DNA of 64,000 nucleotides from the human T2T-CHM13v2.0 reference genome, Homo sapiens (GCF_009914755.1 NC_060928.1); one strand, 5' to 3'; counted from the stretch's first letter, positions 13,379 through 26,835 are shown. Notes: a model not told the origin generated them from the sequence alone. Made by a program: numbers and translations.

Positions 13379-14509
13379 ATTATGACTGTACGTTTTGGTG
13401 ACACCTGGTTCTTACGTTAGAAATCAGGCTGCTGAACGTTCTGCTCTGTGTGTGTCTTTGTGCCCATTCTTGTTGGCTTCCTTAGAGGGATTTCTGGAAG
13501 TTCAATGATTATGTAAAAAGCACAAGCCTTGCTGGGACCCTGGAGTGGCGTTGGAGTCTCTCGTGGTTAGGAGCCCAGGCCCTGGCCTGGCCATCGGGGG
13601 CTGGAATCCTGGCTGTGTCCTCCGTAGCCATGTGCCCCAGGCAGCTTTCCTCACCGCCTGCCTGTCATCCAGGGATGCAGGTAGGTCCTGCTCCATGGGG
13701 TTGTCATGGCGATCACAGAGACTTGTCCGTGTGGACCACCTAGAGCAGTACCTAGCAGGGCACCTGGCGCCCTGGGGTCACCTTGGATCAGGGTTGCAGC
13801 TGACCCACTCCCATCCCTCCCAAAGGCCCTTCAGCCCAGACTTTTGTGCACCCCAAATTCCATCAAAATCCTTTTTCCTTTGAGAGTAACTTTATTCATT
13901 TCCCTGCAGCTTATTAAAGAATTCTGAAGAACAGTGGGTGTTAAATTTTTTAAAAGAAAGAAAACATTCCAGTAATCCAAAGCCATCACGCAATAGCCCA
14001 CCCGACAGAGGTCCCTGAAAAACAGCCCACAGGGGTCCTTGGGGTTTGCGTCCACGACCCTCTAAGCAAGGTGCCTCACCTGGCGGAGCTCCTGAAGACG
14101 GGAGCTCCTGAAGACAGGCGCCCCCTCCTAGGATGCCAAAGGTCAGAGGCCGCAGTGGGAGAGGCCTGGCTGACAGCTTGTATTCCAGTGGGCTAGAGCC
14201 TCCAGAGCCCTCACCACTGGATTGCCCCTTCTCTTGGCTGGGCGGGACCTGATTTCCACCTGCACAGCCCTGGTGAAGCCACGCAAAAGGAACCTGGGAA
14301 AGGCTCAGGTCCAGAATTGGATGGACACAATTGTGGAACTCAGCCCTCCTCCCCGGCTGGGGGACCTCTGGACAGGTCCCTGAGCCCCTTGGAACTTCGC
14401 TTCCCCAGCCTATAAAATGAGGCAGGCATGCCTCTCTGAGGGTCTGGTGAGCTCTTGAGCTCCTGCAAACGGCCCAGAGTGAAGTAATAGGAGTTTTTGA
14501 GCTGAATTC

Positions 14510-14749
14510 TCAGTCTGTTGCTCAGGCTGGAGCACAGTGGTGCAATCGTAGGTCACTGCAACCTCCACTTCCCAGGTTCAAGTGATTCTTCTGCCTCAGC
14601 CTCCTGAGTAGCTAATTTTTTCTACTTTTAGTAGAGACAGGGCTTCACCATGTTGGCCAGGCTGGTCTCAAACTCCTGGCCTCAAGTGATCTGCCCATCT
14701 CGACCTCCCAAAGTGCTGGGACTACAGGCATGAGCCACTGCACCCGGCC
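14510..14749 (-). mobile_element. Truncated Alu
   Basis: Reverse Alu text without a poly-T tail. Confidence 0.85.
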
Positions 14750-14867
14750 AGAAGTCATAGGATTTTAACGAGTGGAGACAGTGTGGGTGGGGCCATTATT
14801 CCACTTCCTGGAGAGGAAGAGAGATCCTGGCAATGTCTATAGATCTCAGGTGCTCTGCAGGGCATGA

Positions 14868-15035
14868 GTGTATTTATTTACATATTTATTTACTTGCTTA
14901 TTTATTTATTCACCTATTTATTTACTTATGTACTTATTTACATATTTACTTTTGATTTGCTGACATATGTATTTACTTATTCATTTACTTATATATGTAT
15001 TTATGTACTTCATTCCCTTTCTTATTTACTCTTTC
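14868..15035. repeat. Degenerate (TTTA/TTAC)n low-complexity tract
   Basis: tatttatttacatatttatttactt... It generates ORF 14864..15058. Confidence 0.9.
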
Positions 15036-15117
15036 ACTTGTTGCCCGTCTATTCATGACATCTGAGTGTCTCTCTCCCAGTAGAGGCCAGGGCATGCACC
15101 TCTCATGTTCCTTTCAG

Positions 15118-15249
15118 AACCAGCAGTAGAGGCTGGAGGTGGAGCTGGCAGGGCTGAAGACCTATGGGGGGGACCTGGAGGAGTTTGAGACCCTCAGCAT
15201 GGTGCTGATGCTGTCCCACTTCAGCCCGCAAGTGATGCACACCGGGTGA
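15118..15249 (+). pseudogene. Pseudogene exon F: HMG20-like C-terminal coiled-coil remnant, probably the last coding exon
   Basis: Acceptor gttcctttcAG (15116-15117). Reads NQQ*RLEVELAGLKTYGGDLEEFETLSMVLMLSHFSPQVMHTG*, resembling recalled HMG20A EKLEVDVIQERSRNTVLQQHLETLRQVLTSSF. Internal TAG 15127-15129, TGA 15247-15249. Confidence 0.55.
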
Positions 15250-15841
15250 GCCGGGCCGTGGAGGGCGCTCGCTGCCCACTCCACTCTCCCTTCTCCCCTC
15301 TCCCCTGCCTCATGCTCCTTCCGGTCCTCACTAGGCCATACAGCCAAGGCCCTGGGACACTCCTGTCTGTCCATTGACTTATTCGTACATGCTTCACTCT
15401 TTTCTTCACTCAACAAACATTCCTGTGTGTCAGCGCATCCCAGCTATGCTGTGTGCTGGAGGATGGGGAGATAGACAATGACTCCGGTCATCCCTAACCC
15501 AGCCCCATGGGTACCAGGCCCTGAGCTGGGCACTGGGCAGAGGAATGCAGAGATGAAGGAGCCCCTGGTAAGGAGCCTGTCAGGGGACAGGGGCAGGGGG
15601 CTGGGGAGTCTGCCTCCATGGACAAGGTGCCGTTGGCACTCAGGTGGGAGGCAACGAGTTATGCAGCAGGGTGGCTCAGCGAAGGGCCAGATAGAGGCCA
15701 GAGCCTTCCAGCGGGGCCCATGGGGACAGTTACAAACTCCTTCATCAAAGGGGACACCGGCACGCAGGCAGGGAAACCTGTGTGTGCAAAGGGAAGGAGA
15801 TTGGAAATGCAGAGGAAGGGAGGGAGGGAGGAGAGCAGTAG

Positions 15842-16191
<350 letters not shown>

Positions 16192-18057
16192 GGATACACT
16201 CTTTTCTTTAAAGAAAAACTCATGAATGCCATTTCGTCCTAAAATATTCAGACGCAATCCTTTGGACAGTCAGAAACTGCGGCCATTCCCCTTCCTCTCC
16301 CTGGAAGTTTTCGCTGTTAACATTTTCATGTGCATCTTTCCTTCCAGGCATTTTTCTATTTATGAATGAATGGGTTGATAGTTGAATAGTTGAAAACTGG
16401 CACTTCTCAGGACACCACCAGCAAGCAGGCTTTGTCCTTGGAGCAGGGTCCCTGGGGGTCATGTGCTGAGCCAGGTTTCAGCACCTTAGATGGTGGATGG
16501 TCTGGGGGACATTTGCCAAACAGACCTGATGTGGCCCCACTAGTGCGTTTCTGACCAGCCATCAGCACCATACAAACACTAGCAGAGAAGCTCGCCTGTC
16601 AGCAGCGTGATTCCTATTTCTTACCCATGGGAGGGCACTGTTCATATTGTTCTTGGTGTGCTGTTCTGCGCCTGACTTAGCACTCCTTCCCATCTACATG
16701 TAGTCTCCTTTGTTGTCACCTGTGTATGGTGTGATGCAGCCAACCCCAGCACCCTGTCCCCGCTGATGGACACTGCAGTGGGGACAGCCTACGGTTACAC
16801 CAGCACACGATGGTGCAGTGACTCCTAGGGCACACCACGGCTGGACACAGGCTGGAGCACTCCTGCTCTCAAACAGTGAAGCTCCGACCCAGGCCCCTGG
16901 CATGAGAGGGGTGGGTGGGTCCTGCTGCTGCAGAAGCTTGGAGAGACCCTTCCCCTCCATGCCCCTCCCATTCCCCTAACCTTGAGTGAGAGCATTGGCC
17001 TTGGAGTGATTTCCATGTGAAATTTTACACATACATCATGTAGGATTGGACAAAAGTGGTCAGGCTCGAGTGCTACTAAGGAAGAAGGAATAGGCAGACT
17101 TGGGTCTTACCAGATGCAGGGAGCAGGTAGGAGGCACACTCTTTAGTGTTAATAAGCCCACCAGCCCCCATTCTTTCTTCCTTGACACTCAGATGCAATT
17201 CCTGCAGTCATGATATTGGCTGCTTTGGGAAGCAGCTGCAGAATGCTGTGGGCTGTTGGGCAGTGGGGGGCTGGCTAACGTCAGGTGTGTTCACATGAGC
17301 GTGCTCACAGGGAACGTGTGATGGAAGGTGCTGGAGCTGGTACCTGGGCAGTGTGATGAGAAAGGAACGTGGCTTTCAGAAAGCAGAGTTACAAATGCAT
17401 CTAGCATCAAGTAATGTCCAGAAAGCAGTTTTGCCAGATTCAGCTCCTTCCTGGCTCCAGCCACTCTCTCTACTTCCTGCAGTTCCCACTCCAGTCCGCT
17501 CACTAAGTTCATTCCTTCCAGAAGACATCTTCTGAGCACCTACTGTATGACAAGCCCTGGGCTTGGTGCTGGAAGTCCAGAAATTAGAGATGTTTTATGA
17601 CTTCACAGGGCTCTGAGTCTCAGAAGTGTGGCACAGGGGTAGTGAATCAGGGGTACTGGTGTGGTCAAGGCATCGGGGTGACCTTGAGTCATGTACACCA
17701 GGGGTACTGGGGGTGCCAAGGTGGGGAGCAGAGCTTCAGCCTTCAAGACCCAGTCCCAGGGCAAAGTGAACCTCCGAGTTCTTTCCCAGGCCCAGTAGGT
17801 CTCCAGGAGGGTTTAAGAGGAGAGTGAATGAATTAAGATCAAGTGAGACTGGTGCTCCCCCAGCTTTGTCCTGGCAGTAACTCTTCCTCTCCCTTCCCAA
17901 CTCTGCAGCATAAGGCCATGTCCTGCCCCAGGACCAGCCTCCAGGACCCCTCCCAGGTGCTCAAGTGTAGCTCCCATAGCAGCAAAGGAAGGATGCAAAG
18001 TCTCAGGGCTTTTCAGGTGGACAGTCAGACAGCTTTGCTGACCAAGGAGAAAATAAG

Positions 18058-18145
18058 TTTGTGTGTGTGTGTCTGTGTGTGTGTTCATGAGTGTGCATGT
18101 GTGTGCACGCATGTGCATGTATGTGTGCACGTGTGAGTCTGTGTG
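18058..18145. repeat. Degenerate (TG)n microsatellite
   Basis: gtgtgtgtgtgtctgtgtgt...gtgtgcatgtgtgtgcacg. Confidence 0.95.
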
Positions 18146-18626
18146 AGCAACCAGCTCAGTCTGTGTCTGTGTCTGGGGCTCAGCAGAGCATCTGCACTGT
18201 AAGTGTTCCTACTGTGGACTATAACCTGGGCAGCATTGATTTGGGAAGATTTTGGTAACATGGCTCCATCTTTCCACACCTGACATCCCTTAGAGGGACA
18301 TGTACACACCCACTCTGACCATGTGCACAGGCGCCAAGCAGCCATGGGGACCAGACCGCTTACGGTCTTGGCCTCTGGAGCCCTGATTTTGAGCCCATTG
18401 CTACCTCCTGTGGGCCACCACGGTGACTTGGGGCACAGTTGGTTTTCTCCATTGAGGAGACAACCAACAACATTAGGTCAATAATCGCTACTTGTCAGCC
18501 TTAAATGGTGGGGTGAAGATGGAGTAAGGCAATCAACTTGTCCAAGTTTCGGTCCCCAAGAAACCAACCCCAAGATCAGCATTTGCCTGCAAGCGGGTTA
18601 TCTGGGAGGTAATCCCAGGTAGGGGA

Positions 18627-19189
18627 TGTTATAAATAAATTTTCATGGCACTCAGACATAAATTTAATTTTCTCAGCAAGGCAATTTTACTTCTATAGAA
18701 GGGTGTGATTCGTGGATGGAGCAATGGCAAAAGCACACCTGAACAAGGGAGGGGAAGGGGTTTTTATTTCTGACTCAAGCAGCCCCTCCTGCTGTGTCAT
18801 TCCCCTATTGGCTAGTGTTGGACCGCACAGTCTAAGCTAATTCCAACTGGCCATTTCAAAGAGAGAAGGGGTACGAGCTGGAGTGGCGGGGTGAGTAGTT
18901 TGGCAGGAAAGATGGTTACAGAACAGGTGACTCAGGATGACTCAGGTCAGAGCAGGTGACCAGGGGTAACTCGGGACAGAGCTGGTGATAGAGGCAAGGA
19001 GGGGGTTGTTTACTGAAACTAGGGGCAAGGAGACGAAAAAAACGAGGAAGTTAAACTTTAAAACGAAGAACAAAGAACAGGGGAGCTGAACATACTGATA
19101 CATTAGTTATTTGGAGAGGATCTCAGAACCCATTGTACTCAACAATTTACAGGCTAAAACCTTTGAAGAGGAATTTATTATATGCTATA
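18627..19189 (-). mobile_element. LTR10-family solo LTR (ERV1) inserted in an older LTR16-like element
   Basis: Starts TGTTATAAATAAA, ends gaggaatttattatatgctata, 4-bp TSD GGGA (18623-18626 and 19190-19193). TGACTCA at 18771, 18928 and 18938. The flanks rejoin as gatcccagg..gtagggga|gttagggaagaga, LTR16-like. Confidence 0.75.
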
Positions 19190-19269
19190 GGGAGTTAGGG
19201 AAGAGAAACTGGGAAGGGAAGACAGCTTTGTGAGTTAGGAGGTTATCCTAGCCACTGGAGCTGGGAAAG

Positions 19270-20230
19270 CCAGAAGCCAGCGCAGCGCGTGCATCTGAGA
19301 GTCAACACGTGATGGCGAGGAAGCCAGGGTGTTTGTGCAGCAGCTCCCTCCAGTCTGCAGGAGGACCGCTTCCAGGAGGACTTCCGGCCTGCTGCACCAG
19401 TGGCAACCTGAGCACAGAAGGCCAGAAGAGCCCCTGGGCAGGGAGTGCGGTGCTCCCCCTGGGAGGCTGTGCCCTGGGTGCTCGGGTGTGGGGGTCGCCC
19501 GCGCTCCTGGGAGCCGAGCAAGGGCGCGCACCCCGCAGTGGGAGAGGGGCTTCCTGCGCAGCGCGGGAGGAGCTTCCAGGACGGGAGCTGTCTGGGGCAG
19601 AGCCCTGGCCACGGTGGCCTCGCAGCACAGCGAAAGCACAGGGACTGCGCAGTCGGGAGGCGCTTGCTCTCCGTGCAGACCCCCGGGTGCGCGGCCGCAG
19701 TGCCTGCAGCCATCGCCCTACGGGGCCTCGCGACTCGGGCATCGCCCCTGCTCTCCAGGCAGGACTAGAGCTTCCAGAAAGTCCCAGGGCACCCCTCGCG
19801 CATCCCAGGGGCCAGGCGGGCGCTGCAAAGCCTGCTGGGAGGTGTAGTTTTCGCTGAAGACGGGGCTGCCCAGAGCCAAAGCAGGGTGGGCTCCAGAGCA
19901 AGAAGCCATCGTGGACGCGGCGTCTGCGGGAGGAAAGCAGCTCCTTCTGGCTTCGCGAAGGCCGCCTAGTCCAGGAGCCCCAGCGCCCTTCTCCCAGCCA
20001 GGTGGATGACAGTTCCCAGCGCCTCGAAGGCCTGCTCTGTGCCGCGCGCCCTGCACACACGATTGCATTTCCTGCACGCAGCCCCCCGGCGGGGCAGGTC
20101 GAGCCGTTTACGGATGGAAGAGAGGAGCCCCACACCTTGTTGGAGGCGCCGTCAGCAAAGGCGAGGGCTTCTTTTCCATCCTGACTGTGTCTGTTCTCTG
20201 CTCTGACCGCGGGGCCTGCAGGGCTGTTAG
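19270..20230. promoter_or_regulatory. Orphan CpG island-like region
   Basis: Visibly high GC and CpG density (gcgcagcgcgggagg, gcgcggccgc, gccgcgcgcc) against CpG-depleted flanks. No recognisable exon. Confidence 0.7.
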
Positions 20231-20546
20231 CCCCATTTGCAGGAGGAAGGGCACCCTTTTCTTTCCAGACCAGTCTCTCCCTCCGGGCAGTTACCACCTC
20301 CTCCCTACCGGCCCTGCCCTCCCACTTTACCCCCTCCCCACGGTATCCGGCATTCTCCCTGCTTCCCCTCTGGGCTGGGAGCTTTTCCAGAGCCCGGACC
20401 CTGGTGCCAGCTGGGCCAACCTTGATGAGTGATTAACAGTCAGATTCTCCAAATTAGACTATGAATAGGATTCACAGATAAAGCAGATAAAAATACAGAC
20501 ACCACCAGCTAAATCTCAATTTCAGATAGACAACTTTCAGTGTAAG

Positions 20547-21182
20547 TCTTACAGTAGGTAGGTAGTCAGACAGGAGCAGGGCAGGAGAGCCACCACCGCC
20601 CCCCATGCAGCCAGTGCCAGGGAAAGTTGGTCTCCCACTCCGTAGAAACACTGGAAGCTGGTGATCAGCAGCTTTCCGAATAGATCGCAGGAGTTGGGCA
20701 GGTGGGCTCAAGCATTCACGCTAAGAGGCAAAATGGTGGAGTTTAACTGGTCTGTAACCTTCTAGGAGAACTCCACTGGTAAGGGAAGCACGCCTCAAGA
20801 GAGCATGCGTACAACTCTGGTAAACACACCGCAATGCAGCCCCTCCCAAGTACTGGCAGGCCACTGTGAATACAGACAGCCCACCCCAAAGGAAGAATCA
20901 GGGAGAAGGGACACAACCCCGAAGAAGCATGCCAACATATAAAACCCAAGGTCAAAGGTGAAACCGCACACTTGATCTCTCAAGTCACCCACGTGGCCCT
21001 CTTCCAAGTGTACTTTACATCCTTTCCTTCCTGCTCTAAAACTTTTTAATAAACTGTCACATTAGCTCTAAAACTTGCCTCGGTCTCAAACTCTGTCTTA
21101 TGCCCCTAGGTTGAATTATTTCTTCTGAGGATGCAAAGAATTGAGGTTGCTGCAGACCCATATGGATTTGCCACTGCTAACG
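20547..21182 (+). mobile_element. MER50-like solo LTR (ERV1)
   Basis: ttacagtaggtaggtagtcagacaggagcagggcaggagag start, TATA-like tataaaa ~20938, AATAAA ~21048, 4-bp TSD TAAG (20543-20546 and 21183-21186). Confidence 0.7.
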
Positions 21183-21262
21183 TAAGTATATCCCTTGCAA
21201 TATTTGGGATATACTTATATAAAAGTTATCCGTTGTTTATGTGAAATTCAAATCTAACTGGA

Positions 21263-21701
21263 TGTATTAGTCTGGGTTCTGTAGAGGGACAGAAGTAATA
21301 GGATAGATCTATATATAAGGAGAATTTATTAAGTATTAACTCACATGATCAGAAGGTCCCACAATAGGCCAAATGCAAGCTGAGGAGCAAGGAGAGCCAG
21401 TCCGAGTCCCAAAACTGAAGAACTTGGAGTCTGATGTTTGAGGGCAGGAAGCATCCAGCGTGGGAGAAAGATGGAGGCTGGGTGGCTAAGCCAGTCTCTC
21501 CTTTCACATGTTTCTGCCTGCTTTATCTTCTAGCCTCACTGGCAGCTGATCAGATGGTGCCTACCCAGATGAAGGGTGGGTCTGCCTTTCCCAGTTCACT
21601 GACTCAAATGTTAATCTCCTTTGGCAACACCCCCACAGACACATCCAGGATCAATACTTTGTATCCTTCAATCAAGTTGACACTTAGTATTAACCATCAC
21701 A
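21263..21701 (-). mobile_element. MLT2A-like solo LTR (ERVL)
   Basis: TGTATTAGTC...TTAACCATCACA termini, 5-bp TSD ctgga/ctggg. Confidence 0.8.
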
Positions 21702-23329
21702 CTGGGCATCCTGTATTTTATCTGGCAACCCTAACACTGACTATGTAGCTCATTTAGCTCAGCCCCTTCCTGTCACCATAGGAAATACAGGTGCCCAGAG
21801 GGGGAAAGGGGTCCTCCCAGACACACAGCAAATTGGTAGTAGCTATCCCCAGGCACCTGGAACTGAGACAGGGCTTTTCCACAGAATAACACTAAAGTGG
21901 CAGTTTCCAAGTGAGGAGGGAGCAGTGCCATGGTCCAGGAGGTGCAGTGCGTGTCTTGGGCAGCAAGAGGAAGGATTTACCTGCAGATGGTGGGCAGGGT
22001 TAATTCTGGCCTTGGTGCTACCTCCAGAAGCCTGCAGGACCTGAAGCCCACCCCTTCGCCTTTTTTCCCCACTGCCACAAGCGAGTTAGAATAGCTGGGG
22101 GATCTAATACTTCCAGTCTCAATGTCAGCAGACACGCCCAGTCCCCACACTCAATCTTATCTCCACCTTAGCTCAGGTGGGGCACTGAGCAGGGCACTCC
22201 CTCTCTCAGCCTCAGGTTTCAGATGTATAAAATGGGATATCAATACCTGACGGGGTTACTGCAAGGATGAAAGCAGATGCATTTTTTTAAAGTGCCCTGT
22301 GTGATGCTTGTATCCTGCAGGGGCTCTAGACCTAGTTATTCATGTTGTTATTGACAGTCACTCTCCCAGGATCAATGCTGGGAGATGCAGTGATAACAAA
22401 ACCCAGATGGACTGCCTGGCATGTGCCATGCCTGGGCTGACTGTCTCGTGTAATCCCTGTGGTTGAGCCTTATTGCTAAAGTGATTCCATTCACAGTGCA
22501 CCTTGGGGTTCAGGTCGGGCCTTGGGTTTCATGTCTGGCCAGCAAGCAAGCCCCCCAGCTGAGGCGCCCACACATCTCCACCCAATGAGCCCGCACTTAC
22601 AGGACCTAGGGCCACCATTCTGGGTCATTGGGGATGAAACAGCCAAACCTGGGCCTTCAGCATTGCGGGTGAGGTCGAGGAGCAGAGAGGAGTGACAGAC
22701 ACAGACATTGGTGCACATGCGCCCCCTCCTAGTGGGTCGGGTCGTCGATGCCAGCCTGGCCTGCACCTGGAGCTTGGGTCCCAAGCCTCAGCAGGACATT
22801 CTTCTCTGGCCAAATTTAAAGTGCCCCAGGAAACCAAATCACTAGGGGTAACAGAGCAAGCAGAGCTGTGGCATCACAGTCTCAGTCACCCTGCTGGGAC
22901 AGGAGGCATGGTAAGAAATGAATTTTACATATGGCCCAGCACACAGATATAACTAAGACCAAGCCCTTGCCCAACAATATTTACTCCACTTCAGAGGTGC
23001 GCTCTGACCCTTTGTTTTCTTTTCTATTTCATATGTTTTAGCTACTGCACACAGCCCACTGAATTGCTTTCAGGACTTCCTAATAAAGCATGGGATGCAG
23101 CTTTAAAATCTTAGACAATCCTCATCACAGACCCTTTAAATTTGACGACCCACTTTTATGGCCAGACAAGTTGAAGTCGTGAGCCATGAACTATTTCCTC
23201 TCTTCACGCTGGGAAGTGCCTAGACCACAGTGGGGGGCCGGCCAGCCCTTCCATCCCAAGAGCCAGCCCCTGTGGCTCCTGCGGCCCCTGCATAAATATG
23301 GAACTCTCAGGCCAGGATGGAACTGCCAG

Positions 23330-24370
23330 GGCTCAAGCAGTAAACTTTATAAGTTATTACAAAACAGAAGTGTACACAGGGACACTGTAATAAAGCGTAT
23401 TGGGAGTTACGGGAACTCTCCAACAAGTTTAGAATCTCTGGTTTCAAAAACTATTGCAACATTATAATAAACAAATATCCAAAAGCTTAGAAATAGAAAT
23501 TAAAGATAAAGATGGTCACGTTTGACCAAAAGAACAATATTTTCGTACTGAGCTTTGATGATACAATTATTAATGAGGAAGATGATTTTAAAATTAAATT
23601 CCCCTTGTAATTCAAGATACAGTGATACAAGGCATAAACGGGCAATTACGCTATAGTGCATTCAATCCTTAAAGCCACCGCTGGTTTTCTGTATAACCCC
23701 CACAGGTTGCAGGAAGGTCAGCCATGAAACATTAAAATACCACTGTCTGTCTACATTTAAAATTAAATTCAGATTCACATAAAAATGATTTGTATAAAGA
23801 GTTAAATATTTTTAGAAAAATTGTTCTGCAAGAATCATCAGCTCTAGATATACCAACATTTGTATTTCAAAATTATAAAAAATGTATCTCAAAGTTATTA
23901 CAGCCTATAAGATACTCTTAATAGCTCCAATAAAAAATGCATCAGCAGAAAGGTCCTTCTTAAAATGGAAAGTGTCCTAAAATGATTTGTGAGCTTGTAT
24001 TTGCCAACAGCAACTGATGTCACATTCAATTATATCGATTGAAAACAAAGTTGCTAAAAGTGTAAGCTTTGATAACCTAATAAATGAATTTGCAGAAAAG
24101 TGAGCCAGGGAAAGCTTCTAATCCAGTTATCACATAAAGTATTATTTGTTTTATTGTATAAATAATCACACCCAAAATATTATTTTGACAAATTTGTAAG
24201 TTTATGTTGTTACTCATGCATCACTATTATCCCTATTACATTGCATAAGTAATAAATTTTTCAAGGGAAAAGCTTTCTATTTCACCCCTATAACTGCACT
24301 TTCCTCCTGCTTTTTGAATAAGGGGCCTGAATTTTTATTTTGCACTGGGCTTTTCAAATTATGCAGCAAG
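23330..24370 (+). mobile_element. hAT-Tip100 (Zaphod/MER45-like) DNA transposon fragment with transposase relic
   Basis: AT-rich block. gcatcagcagaaaggtccttc encodes ASAERSF (hAT dimerisation motif) at ~23939-23959. The end ttgaataaggggcc..ttttgcactgggc..caaattatg is MER45/Zaphod-type. Confidence 0.7.
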
Positions 24371-25116
24371 GGATGATCCAGCAGGTGGAGAGCTCTGAGC
24401 TCCGAGTGGACTGTGCCGTGCTGTCTGTGATATCTCCTAACATAGAATGTCTTCCGATATGTTACTGTGCATGTGGGGAGTACTGGCTTTGAATCAAAAG
24501 ATCCTTGGTGAAAACCCCTGCCTCACCACTATGCGTCCTTGGGGAAGTCACCTCTGCACCTTTTCTTTGACGTCAGGTAGTGAGATGGCACAGGGAAGCG
24601 CCTCCTGTGGGCACCTGCATAGAGGGGAATGTAGGTGGCTCTTAAGTGCTGAATCTCTTCCCGACGCAAAAGTGTGCTCTAAGCACCAGCCGCATCGACA
24701 TCACCTGGGAACTGGTTACAAATGCCGAATCTAGAGCTCGCCCCAGACCTATTGAGAAAGAATCAGCATTTTAATAATATTCCAAGATGATCTGTAGGCC
24801 TGGGAGTGTCTAAGAAGCGTGGCCCTAGACAAACGGCTTGGGGATTACCTGAGTACTTTGCCGTTTAAATTTAGTCCTAACTATTGCTATTCAAAGAGTG
24901 ACCACTAGAGGGCACAAGAGTCAAGTGATTAGTTGTTTGATTTGCCAACCAGGAGCTTGGAAAGAGAAAAATAAAATGTCACAAACAGGGCTGGGAGTTA
25001 CCTCCAAGAGTCAAATCTTCCTCTACACCCCTGATCCCCACCCCAAAGACAAGAGCTTTCTGCTGACCTCCTCAAAAGCATGGGTTTTTTTTGGGAGGGC
25101 CAAGGTGAGGGTTGGG

Positions 25117-25440
25117 TTTTTTGTTTGTTTGGGGGGTTTTGTTTTTGTTTTTTTGAGGCAGAGTCTTGCTCTGTCACTCAGGATGGGGTGCAGTGGCATG
25201 ATCATAGCTCACTGCAGCCTCAACCTCCCAGGCTGAAGCAATCCTCCCCATCAGCTTCCCAAGTAACTGAAACCACAGGTGTGCACCACAATGCCCAGCT
25301 AATTTTTTTATTTTCATTTTTGTAGAGACATGGTCTCACTATATTGCTCAGGCTGGTCTCGAACTCCTGAGCTCAAGTGATCCTCCCACATCAGCCTCCC
25401 AAAGTGCTTGGGTAACAGGTGCGAGCTTCCGTGTCCGGCC
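25117..25440 (-). mobile_element. AluJ-like
   Basis: Reverse Alu with gatcatagctcactgcagcctcaacctcc. Confidence 0.9.
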
Positions 25441-26498
25441 TCAAAGGCATGTTTAATCGGAAATGTGCATTGGCCATGGGCCTCCAGATCTGAGGTCGGA
25501 GGACTGATTTCCACAGCGGAGGCCCTACAGTTGAGCCAGCCTGCAGGGATGTGGGAACCCAGGACTGGGGGGTTTGGGGCTTGCACGGCACTCACTGCCA
25601 CCAGGTGACCTTGGGCAAGTCACTTCTCTCCTGGCCCGCGTGCCTCTATCCTTAAAGTGCAGGCAGTTGGCGCGCGAGATTCCCGGGGTCCCTCTCGGTT
25701 TTAAAGCCTAGGCTTGCATAGTATGGGTCTTTTCCTGTTGCAGCTTTCTGGTTTGTGCCCCAGAATTTGCCAGGGAAATAGAACCAAGCCCCAAGCTTCT
25801 GTCTCCAGAGATAAGATGGCCTTCTCTTCCTGTCATTTAAGGCCCTGGGAGGCCCTAGAATTTGGAGTGTCTGGCAGGCCTGGACTGTTAAGGTGCCCAG
25901 CATTCCAGAGGCGATGGCACATTTGTCTGTGTCAAGGAGGCTCTGGGCATGGGTAGGGAGGTGCGAGGTAAGAGAGGGCAGAGCTGAGGGCACAAATCCA
26001 GCCATTTCACAGATGGGGAAACCAAGGTTCAGAGGAGGACATGGCTATAGCCCAGGTCCCTGTAGCCCGGAGTCAGTGGTGGAGCCAGGACTTGAACTCA
26101 AGTATTGGAGTGCAAAAGGCAGCAGCCCAAATGCTGACGGCATCCTAGCGAGGGCTCTGAGCCCTGGAGTCGAGTGGGTGCTTGTTGCCTGGGTCTCTGG
26201 GGGAGCTCGCACTCCCTGGCATTCTCATGGGCACCTCCTGCCCCAGGCAGAGCTCCAAGCCTTGGCCAGCAGAGCAGGACAGGCCTGCAGGGGCTGCCCA
26301 CGGACCTAGTGTTCTCGGGGTTTCTGCCAAGGTAACAAGAGCAGGGAGGGCTCCCTCCCCACGCTGGATCCTGTCCAGTCCTCTGCTTGGCTCCAGGGGC
26401 ACTAACTGGGACCCTCAAGCCTGCTGGGCCACAGTGGTAGGCCATACCATCCCAGAGCATGGCTCTGACCAGGCCACTCCCCTGCTTAAAGCCTCTAG

Positions 26499-26835
<337 letters not shown>

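Larger units (their letters stand above)
20470..21733. mobile_element. MER53-like palindromic hAT MITE split into three pieces by two LTR insertions
   Basis: cagataaaaatacag..aatttcagatagacaac at the left mirrors gttgtttatgtgaaattcaaatctaactgg..ctgtattttatctggcaaccct at the right. Confidence 0.7.

Noticed and set aside
14071-14120. HLAELLKT with a duplicated ggagctcctgaagac as the missing ELRxLRK exon
   Set aside because: No pyrimidine-rich acceptor in the right phase and no continuation of similarity. It is only a 15-bp duplication.
19235-20297. Overlapping long ORFs up to 331 aa on both strands
   Set aside because: Expected from stop-codon scarcity in a GC-rich island. Arg/Pro/Gly/Ala-rich with no domain and open in several frames.
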